Assembly: GCA_963793305.1 (NCBI GenBank)
Contig: CAWBZV010000002.1
Span: forward strand, 416,001-480,000
DNA: 64,000 bases
Reading direction: 5' to 3'
From: an uncultured Gemmatimonadales bacterium
GTDB lineage: Bacteria > Gemmatimonadota > Gemmatimonadetes > Gemmatimonadales > Gemmatimonadaceae
Each line of letters opens with the position of its first letter. The stretch's first letter is position 1. The notes beneath the pieces are model-generated. The model did no database searches, was not told the origin of the DNA, and saw only the letters and a program-made list of their open reading frames with translations. Below are positions 55,881 through 64,000 of this stretch, in pieces. The position numbers and the translations under genes were made by a program.

Positions 55881-57415
55881 CTAGTCTTCGTCACTCAAAA
55901 GAGCAGACTCCACGTTCGCTGGGGCATTGCGCCACAGGTCTTCAAAGGCCGCTTCGTTTAGGATTGGTGCAGATCGCATTCTTTTCTTTCGCATTCGGGT
56001 CGGCGAGGTCGAGCTCAACGAATCGCCCTTGAAGCCTGCGCATGTGCGCGTAGCAGCCGATGTCAATGACGAACGCTTGAAAAGTACCTTTCTCTGATTT
56101 GTGGGTCAGCGCAGAGCCGGCGCTGTGAATGATGCGATAGTCGAGTAGGCGATAAATCAAGTCACGAATCTTGTCTCTCTGCTGCATCATTTGCTCAGGT
56201 ACGAACAAGATGTTCGTGTGCTTGTCGATGCAGAATTGGCGGATAACGTAAATGCCGCGGACGAGCGTGTCCTGTTCGCCGCCCTCCGAGTCTTGTTTAA
56301 GCTCTTCAATTCGATGCTCGAAGTTCGAGCGGCTCAGTATGCGGATGTCATCCTTGCCGATCCTACCGTCTGATTCCTGAGCGTTCTCGAGTACTTCGAT
56401 GAAGAGAGACAGTGTATCGCGCGGTACACCGCCGCCAGCAAGCACTAGTCGCCTGAATCCGTCGCCCTTGAATAGATCGTCCACCTCGTCTTTGTCCATG
56501 CCGGCAAGCCTGCCAAACTCATATAGAATTTTCTTGTTCTGCTTTTCCGTTTTCCTCAGGTCGGCAAGCGTGAAATCAATATTTATCGACTGGTAGTCGT
56601 GCCGTTCCTGGACACCGGTCGGCTGTCCCTTGCGATCAGCATAGAGGCTGCTCACATGCCGCAGGGTGGCAATCTTGAAATACAGCGGCAGGTCTTTGCA
56701 GAGTCGATGGATGTAGTCCATCACGAACGGTTGGTCGACGCGGCGCAGATGGTAGAAGTCATTGACTTGAACAAGCACAGCCTTTACGTGCTTCGAAAGC
56801 TCGAAGAATTCACGAATCTGATTCTTGAGTTGCGGCAACCAGCCATTCTAGCTCACTTATTTTTCTCTCCGCTTGCTTATAGGTGCGCTCCAACTCCATT
56901 CTCGTCGCATCGCTCGTGCTCGCCTCGAATTTGGCGACTTTACTCACCAGTCCAGCGCCGACAGAGTCGGAAGTCTGAGACACGACCGCCTCGCGGACAT
57001 TCTCGTCGCGCTCGTCCGGGCGTCGCTTCAGCTCTTGCAGACGACGCCGGATCTGACCGATGATCTCTTTCGATCTCTTTTGCTTCCCGAACCATGAGGT
57101 TAGGTGTTTTTCGAGTTCCGCGAATACGGCGTCCAGTATCTCAACGAGAACATTCGGAAAAGAGTGCTTCTTGAATTCTTCGCAGTTGAGGTATACGCGC
57201 TTCGTCCCGTCAGGGAGTATTCTCCCTGAGTGATGCAAGAGAAGCGTCTTGCCGCATCCGCGACGAGCGAAAATCGCGTGATTCTGACGCGCGACGACAT
57301 CTTCAAGGGCATTGGAAACGTCGATATATGGGATAGGCTCAGCACCACCTTGTTGTACACGGAGGTTCTCCGTGATAACCCGACGTAGTTTCCGGAGTTT
57401 TTCGCTCTTGCCCAT
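55881..57415 (-). CDS. P-loop ATPase (AAA/STAND-like), two apparent frameshifts
   Basis: Walker A ARRGCGKT; Walker B-like LVQVNDF; GGVPRD; frames rejoin at 56844-56849 (LDGWLPQLK) and 55977-55982 (KEKMRSAPIL). Confidence 0.8.
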
Positions 57416-57874
57416 AACCGCGCGGTTGAGTGAGAGGCCGTGGCAATGATGCGGCCGTGGCTAAACAACCCTGGTTGTCTCGTTGCAAGTCTACACATGA
57501 GAGCGACTGCCGACAGAGCATAATCCTGACACGATCAGCCCAAATCGTGACAGCAACGTCCACACTGTCAGATGCAGCGCGCTCGGTGCTAAGGCCGAGG
57601 GGAATTCCTTGACGCGGTCCGGCGGCCGAGTTGCCATTATGCCGCTTCGGTCTCCGCGAGCTCGCTTATTGCGAGGCCATGAACTCGCATCGAGGTGTGC
57701 CTTTCTCGCTTTCAGCTGAATGCTTTTCTTCTCGGCTGCGGTCAGTCGGATTACAAGCCGCTGGTTGCGTAGCCCTACTTCATCGCATTCGTGCTGGCGA
57801 TGCTCCTAGTATGGGGTTGTTCATTTCTCCGGAGACTGGTTATGATCGATTCGTAGTCTACTAGGAGCCACTCG

Positions 57875-58642
57875 ATGACCAAGGAGGAGGCGGTCGCCAC
57901 GCTCGATGCTGCTCTCGCAAGAGTCGAGACACTTCGTTCGGAGCGACTGCATTCGGCAGCCCACGCTGCGTTCATGCAAAGCACTGGCTTGGACTTAGCC
58001 CGGATCTTCGGTTCGCAGTCGGTAATTTCGATCAACTTCGGGGCAATCGATTATCAGACGACGGGCCAATACCTGGCCAACGTGCACAACTTCGAAGCTC
58101 AGCTTGAGCGTAGAAAAAGAGAAGCCTACCTGCGCGGGCTTGATATTGCAGAAGGCATCCTCCGCTCGGCTAGGGAACAGCTACTCAGTCATGGCGTAGA
58201 CAGGATTCTGGCGGCGAGTCGAATACGTTCGGACGGAGCAAAGGTGTTCATAAGTCACGGCACGGAAACCCCCGCTCTTGCCAGAATCGAGCGGTACGTG
58301 CGAGCGCTGGGGCTCAATCCGATCATCGTTGGCCGTGAGCCGAGCGAGGGAATGGCAGTCGACGATCTCGTCGAAAAGCGCATGGGAGAAGCTGACTGCG
58401 CGATTATCCTCGCGACGGCCAATGAAGAGGTTGCCGGTCGTAAGCAACCACGTCCGAACGTCATTCATGAGATCGGACTTGCCCAAGAGTTATTGGACAA
58501 CAAAGTGATCTACCTGAAGGAGATTGGTTGCGACTTTCCGTCGAACGTTGGCCCGAAAGTATGGGAGAACTTCACTCAGCAGAATCTGGAGTCTGCGTTT
58601 GAGAAGATCGGGAAGGAGCTAAGGGCCTTTGGGCTGCTCTGA
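57875..58642 (+). CDS. nucleotide-binding protein with C-terminal TIR-like domain
   Basis: AGGAG RBS; KVFISHG, ADCAIILAT, PRPNVIHEIG, FPSNV. Confidence 0.87.
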   Translation: MTKEEAVATLDAALARVETLRSERLHSAAHAAFMQSTGLDLARIFGSQSVISINFGAIDYQTTGQYLANVHNFEAQLERRKREAYLRGLDIAEGILRSAREQLLSHGVDRILAASRIRSDGAKVFISHGTETPALARIERYVRALGLNPIIVGREPSEGMAVDDLVEKRMGEADCAIILATANEEVAGRKQPRPNVIHEIGLAQELLDNKVIYLKEIGCDFPSNVGPKVWENFTQQNLESAFEKIGKELRAFGLL

Positions 58643-58683
58643 CTGTCGCTCTTGTTATCGAATCAGCGCCACACTGGGGTCGG

Positions 58684-58957
58684 TTGCCACTGCTTTTGTC
58701 ACTGTCCGAGCGCCGCGCATCTATGAAAAATCCCCGAGCGGTCCGAAAACCGCACGGGGACGTATTTTCGGGTATGGGCCGAGGAGGAGTTGAACCTCCG
58801 ACCTCTCGCATATCAGGCGCGTCTAACTGACCCGTCAACTCCGACATCGCATCGCATTTCCCTCTGACAGCACGGCAATCCGCCCGACTCTGAGCGACGC
58901 AACGTCGGAGCTTGCCGGTCGAATTTGACACCAGATTTGACACCAACGGGCTCAACC
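58684..58957 (-). mobile_element. attP-like site A3: left arm repeats + hairpin + tRNA-Ile 3' half + tandem TTTGACACCA arm
   Basis: ttgccactg/tttgtcactg at 58684-58704; tgggccgaggaggagttgaacctccgacc; ends tttgacaccagatttgacaccaacgggctc as in A1. Confidence 0.85.
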
Positions 58958-59355
58958 ACGAATATCTACCTCCGCTCGCAGTTTGGACGCTGCCCGCCAC
59001 CGACGACTTGCAGTGCAATTCTCTCAGTACATCCGTGGTGCGCCATTCACCTCGGGCGAAACTGCTCGCGCACCACTAAGTCGGTTGTCGCGTGACGGTA
59101 ACTAGCCAACGGAAGGCCTGCACCGCTAGCACGACGAGTGCAACCTACATCACTATGTTAGCGCCCTGCCGGCGAGTAATGCCACAATCGCCGCTGATAA
59201 CCGTCCTTGCATGCGTGATGTCAGCCGCTGTCCGTCTCTCCAACTGAGCGTGAGCACTAGATCGGCGATATCCGTTTCCCTGCCTGATCAGGATGCAACC
59301 TTCTTGCAATTGCGATCGCTGAATGACTCGGCGTCCTTGGCAGCGAAGCGTGCGT

Positions 59356-61747
59356 TCATTCTGACGACAGGGTTCGCACGGGATCCAGGCGACTCGCACG
59401 GTACGCCGGCGCGGTACAGGCGGCGACACTCACCAGCAGCAGCGTGACCGCGCTCGCCATCAGCGTAAGAGGATCGATGGTGGACACGCCGAGCGCGACG
59501 GTAGCCATTGCGCGCGACATCGCCACCGAGCCGATGACGCCGGTGACGATTCCTGTTCCGGCCCACCGTAGTCCCTCTCGAAGGACCGCGGCCAGGATTT
59601 CACCACGCTGAGCGCCGAGCGCCAACCGAATACCTATTTCGCGCGTCCGGAGGGAGACGAGATATGCGAGCAGGCCGTAGGTCCCAGTCGCTGCCAGCAA
59701 CAGCGCCGCCACGGCGAAGAAGAGGAAGACGAGCATGTCGAATCGCGGCGCGCGGAACTCCTGCTCCATCATCTCGGACATGGTTCGCACGCTCCCCGGC
59801 ACGAGATCCCGGTCGACCATTCGCACTCGGGCACGGATGGTGTGAGCGAGGCTGCCCGGTGGTAGACTGGTGCGCACGACGAAATACGAAAACGGGCGCG
59901 GCCGCTGGCGGTTGGACCAGTATAGCTGGGGCTCCGTCGCCTTCCCGGGCTCGACCGGCGCGACGTCCCGCACCACGCCGATCACAGTGAACGTGGCCTT
60001 TTCCTCGCGCAACGTGATCCGCTTGCCCACCGGATCCTCGCCCAGCCAGTAGCGCCGGGCAAGCGCCTCGTTGACGAGCGCGACGAGTGGCGCGCCGCCA
60101 ATGTCGCGACCGTCGAAATCACGGCCCCGCATAATCGGCACACCAAGGGTCGCGAAGAACCCCGGGCTCACGTCGAACCAACGAACCGATGTGCCGACGG
60201 GCGTCGTGCCATCGAGACTCACCTCGTCTGTCTCGAGTCCGCCAAAAAGAGGCCCCCCGGACGCGGAGCCAGCCGCCGCGACACCGCTCGTGCTGCGCAG
60301 CGCCCTCTCCACGCGATCCCAGAGGGCCGGCACTTGACCCTGAGAATACTTCTCGTCGGCGAACAGCGAGAACGTGAGGAGATGTTGCTGTTCGAACCCG
60401 GGGCTCCAGCTCGTCAGCGCACCAAACGACCGCGTGAGCAACCCGGCGCCGGAGACCAGCATCGAGGCGAGGGCGAGCTCGCCGATGACGAGGATCGGGC
60501 CGATGCGACGTCCGCCGCGGGAAGCCGTGCGGCCACCCTCGCGGAGCAACTGCGCGGCGCTCGTGCCCACCGAGCGGACGGCGGGGATGAGACCGAAAAT
60601 GAGCGTCGTCGCGACCGTCAGGATCACGGCGAAGCCGAGCGCCACACTGTCGACTCGTACGTCCTCGAGGCGGGGTAGCGAAGCAGGTGACATCGCCTTG
60701 AACGCGTGGGTCGCTCCAGTCGCCAACACCACGCCGATCCCCGCGCTGGCCAGCGCGAGGACGAGACTCTCCACGAGGAGCTGGCGCGCGACCCGTGCGC
60801 GACTGGCCCCGAGTGCCGATCGAAGCGCCATTTCGCGCTGGCGAGCGGTCGCCCGGGCGAGCAGCAGGTTGGCCACGTTCGCGCAAGCGATGAGGAGTAC
60901 GACGAACACTGCAGCCAGGAACAGGAGAAGGATCGTGCGGAACGTCGCCGACTACGAGGTCCTGCAGAGACTCCGCGGTCAATCCCCACCCAGCCGTTGT
61001 CGCGAAGTGCTCGCGACGGATGGACGCCGCGATCTGGGCCAGTTCCGAACGGAATGCGCTGAGCGACGCGCCGGGGGCGCGCCGCCCATACGCGACGAAC
61101 CCGCGCCAGTCGCGCTGCGATTCATCCCGCGGATCGATGTGAATCGGCCGCCACAGCTGTACGCTCTCGAATTTCGGAAGGTTGAACTCGCGCGGCAGCA
61201 CGCCCACGATGGTCACGGGCTTGCCGTCGAGTACAAGCGCGCGGCCCACAACGTCTCGCGAGCTACCGAATCGCGACTGCCACATCGCGTACGAGAGCAG
61301 CGCGACCGTGCTCTCGCGGCCGATGAGATCCGACGGTTCGATGAGGCGGCCGAGCGCCGGCCGTACGCCGAGGGCGCGGAACAGTCCCGGCGTGGCCAGG
61401 CCCCCCAGAATCGACTCCGCGCCGTCCGCTGTCGCCAGGTGGTAGGGCCAATCCCGGGCGATGCCGATCGCCTCGAGTGTCCGGGATCGGGCGGCGAGGT
61501 CCTCGACGTTCGGGGGAGAGATGCTGCACCAATCCGCGGTCGCGCCCGGATATTGCTCGCACACGGTGACCAACCGGTCGGCGTGCGGAAAAGCGAGCGG
61601 TCGTAGCACGATGCCGTAGACGATCCCGAAGATCGCGGTCGTGATGCCGATCCCCAACGCCAGCGTCAGCACGGCGGCGAGGCTGAACGCCCGGTGCGCA
61701 AGCAGCGTCCGGGTTGCGTAGCGGATATCCAACACGAAATCGCGCAT
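59356..61747 (-). CDS. duplicated FtsX/MacB-like (ADOP-type) ABC permease (apparent frameshift ~60941)
   Basis: DIRYATRTL, LTLALGIG, LLIACANVANLLLAR, RTREIGIRLALGA. Confidence 0.92.
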
Positions 61748-62055
61748 GGTGCCGCCCAGTCAAGTGGACTGACTCACGAACGCTCGCAATCAGCGGGCCA
61801 TCACAACATTGGCGCAACGCATACCAAGTTGGTTCGGCTCGGCAGCTTACGCGTGTCAGGATTTCCCTTTCCGACTTTCGCGTGCGCGGCTTCGGGACCC
61901 CTTGTCCGACTCCGGACACGACGCCGTGCGTCCCAGCGAATAGTCGGTATTCCGGTGCTAAGCAGCGACGCGCTAGCTACGCGCGACCGGGTAACGAAAC
62001 GCCCTGACCATGATGAGCGAGGAGTGCAAGTTGCGAGAACGTGCGGTTAGCGCGA

Positions 62056-62260
62056 GAAACGGGTCCCGCTCGCAATTTTTTGCAAATCAATCGGGACGGC
62101 GGGATTTGAACCCGCGACCCCCTGAACCCCATTCGGTTCTCGGGTACGGTATCAACTACCTAGGATGGCGCCGTTCAGAGGGAAAACCGGGCGTCGGGCC
62201 CGATCTTCAACGCCGAAATGTCGGTGGTTGCCGGCGGAAACGGGCCCCCAAACGGGCCCC
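62056..62260 (-). mobile_element. attP-like site B2: left arm site + tRNA-Pro(GGG) 3' half (62091-62134) + right arm
   Basis: Minus strand GAATGGGGTTCAGGGGGTCGCGGGTTCAAATCCCGCCGTCCCGA; gaaacgggtccc at 62056-62067 and tandem aaacgggcccc at 62238-62260. Confidence 0.87.
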
Positions 62261-62304
62261 CGCCCGTTAACTCACAGCCGTGCGCGTCGACGGCGTGCCT
62301 GCAA

Positions 62305-62625
62305 TCAATCTGAATCCGCTCGGGCAAAGCGGATCACTTTACCGTCAAATGCGACTGCCAGTATGCCTTTGTCCATGGAATATCGGTTTCGCTGCCGGCG
62401 AGGCATGCTAGGCTGGTCGGTCTCGATCCATTCACCACTCGCGCGATAGGTTAGCAGCATGATTTGATCCTTGCTGTGCTCATGCACCGTGTATATCAGC
62501 GTGCCGTCGGCGCGAAAGTCCATCGTGACATCACCAAAAGATCGCCCTCCGCATTCGTCGTTTGGGTCCGATCGCCAAACGCCGATTAGTCCATCCTGAG
62601 GCTTCCGTCGAAATCCAAAAATCAC
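62305..62625 (-). CDS. small hypothetical beta-barrel (lipocalin-like) protein
   Basis: GAGG RBS; LIGVW, MDFRADGT, ends FAR. Confidence 0.65.
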   Translation of the reverse strand: MIFGFRRKPQDGLIGVWRSDPNDECGGRSFGDVTMDFRADGTLIYTVHEHSKDQIMLLTYRASGEWIETDQPSMPRRQRNRYSMDKGILAVAFDGKVIRFARADSD

Positions 62626-62776
62626 GCGCTTACCCTCATGTCACTACGGCGGCTGAATGGGCCCTGGTGCCGACGAGGCGAGGACAAAACAAGCTGCTGC
62701 GTGACCCGCTGCATGGCATTTCCGGGTTAATCAAGGCGAACCTCGCGGCTTCTCACCGTGACCCAACGTCCTTCGG

Positions 62777-63715
62777 TCAAATCAACTCTCGCCCAGAGTA
62801 GATAGGTGCACCTAGCCACTGCGTTAGGGCGCTGGCCAGCCTACGGCGAATGCCATGCGCTTGGTTGATGAGACGGCCACCAAAAGCATCGCGGAAAATT
62901 GGGGTGCAGAACATCACCGAAAATCGCGGAATCCGCTTCTCGTTGAAGTTTCTCCAGTGCGGGAATCGACAATACACGACCATCTCAATAATCCGCTGAT
63001 ATTTTGCGCCTTGGCCGTCGCGGACCCGTTGGGCGAGCTGCTCAGTCACGTGCTTGAAATGGTCACTCAGATACATCGCACCGGCGATATCAGCGTCCAG
63101 CAACGCAACAATCAGGTCACGTACGTTTAGGCACTGGGAGATGTCAACTGCGATGATCCCGGGTCGTCCGTAGTCCCAGAGTTGGTCTGCTGCAGTGGAG
63201 ATCAGCCCGCTCGCTCCCGCAGTAGTTTGCGGGCGCTTTACTTCGACTCCACAGTGTAGGCCGTCGACGTTAATTGCGAAATCAGGATGACCTCGATTGA
63301 CCTTTTTTGGAGGCACGGTTGTGTTCATCTCAGCGCGCGCTAGAACGCTTCCGAACCAAAGTTGCGCTTGATAGTCGTAAGGTGTCTGACCGTCTTGCTC
63401 TTCGAGGCTGCCTTTGAGAGAACGCACGAGGTCCTCGGCGATTCGTTCGACCCGCTCGTCACCCAAGCAATAAGACACCTGGACAAAATCGCCAGCGACC
63501 ATGATCGCGTTGCTGATCAGCATTAGGCGGCGGGGGTCCGTTCCGAACGTACCCTCCTCAGCAACGCGTGTAAGTAACCTGCTCGCCATTCGCAAGCGGC
63601 CTAGTGGGCGGACTGGCAGCTCCCACTGTCGCAGCTTCGCGATAGCAGCATCGAGGCTATCCGCGAGGCCCCTACAGGCTTCTGGCGGGAAGTCATCATC
63701 GCTGAACGGCGGCAT
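62777..63715 (-). CDS. hypothetical protein with PD-(D/E)XK-like motif
   Basis: HPDFAINVDGLHCGVEVKRP; atypical codon usage. Confidence 0.6.
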   Translation of the reverse strand: MPPFSDDDFPPEACRGLADSLDAAIAKLRQWELPVRPLGRLRMASRLLTRVAEEGTFGTDPRRLMLISNAIMVAGDFVQVSYCLGDERVERIAEDLVRSLKGSLEEQDGQTPYDYQAQLWFGSVLARAEMNTTVPPKKVNRGHPDFAINVDGLHCGVEVKRPQTTAGASGLISTAADQLWDYGRPGIIAVDISQCLNVRDLIVALLDADIAGAMYLSDHFKHVTEQLAQRVRDGQGAKYQRIIEMVVYCRFPHWRNFNEKRIPRFSVMFCTPIFRDAFGGRLINQAHGIRRRLASALTQWLGAPIYSGRELI

Positions 63716-64000
63716 CCGAGTATCAGTCACGGAACCTGTCGAAACTCTGGTCGCCGATGGTTGACCAGCGGTCGGTGCGTGGCGGCGCAATCGTTGTAGA
63801 TCGACTGGCTTACAATCGCGCGCAGTCCAACTTGCCCGTGGAGCTTGATCACACGATCAAGAATCGTCCCTGGTGCAGTCGACCCTGACCTGACATACAC
63901 GTGCCGAAGCAAAACCGTCAAGTCAACGGGAACTCGAACTCCGCCCTCGACAGGTGTAAATAGGTAAGGCAGCGTCAGTGCTGCGTCGGAACGATATCTG

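Noticed and set aside
51713..58642. Complete CBASS, Pycsar or Thoeris system
   Set aside because: No CD-NTase, cyclase or ThsA-like gene is visible near either TIR gene.
59104..59163. Integron attC candidate (also 46234-46285 and from 49099)
   Set aside because: AAC...GTT ends exist, but arm spacing and complementarity do not fit, the 46.2 kb one is too short, the 49.1 kb one has no R' end, and no intI is present.
61750..62055. Second integrase remnant left of att B2
   Set aside because: No recognisable recombinase motif in any frame.
48597..62134. tRNA-like sequences as functional tRNA genes
   Set aside because: Only the anticodon-to-3' halves are present. The D-arm and 5' acceptor strand are missing in all five copies.

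Overview
High-GC bacterial window, most likely Gemmatimonadota (inferred from ELGGGGMSRVFLA kinase-TPR genes, a duplicated FtsX/ADOP-type permease and a SusC/SusD pair in a GC-rich genome). 1-6 kb: TauE-cytochrome c (TsdA-like) fusion, TPR-GT41 and a ROK repressor. 6.1-24.8 kb: a complete beta-mannan utilisation locus (GH5-acetylesterase fusion, SusC/SusD, SSS transporter, GH130 phosphorylase, 2-epimerase, tandem GH26, GH3, GH27, aldo-keto reductase). 24.8-46 kb: housekeeping, signalling and resistance-type genes. 46-64 kb: an accessory region punctuated every ~3-4 kb by five co-oriented att-like sites of two families (3' halves of tRNA-Ile(GAT) and tRNA-Pro(GGG) with tandem arm-type repeats). 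Only a 59-codon tyrosine-integrase remnant is present, and the cargo includes two orphan TIR proteins, BrnT/BrnA, an ATPase operon and a PD-(D/E)XK-like gene. All eleven single-base frameshifts I found fall in two motifs (GACGTC->GAACGTC and AGATG->AGAATG, either strand), most likely modification-linked sequencing errors rather than pseudogenes. No intact tRNA, rRNA or CRISPR array was seen. All calls were made by eye from motifs, with no database searches.
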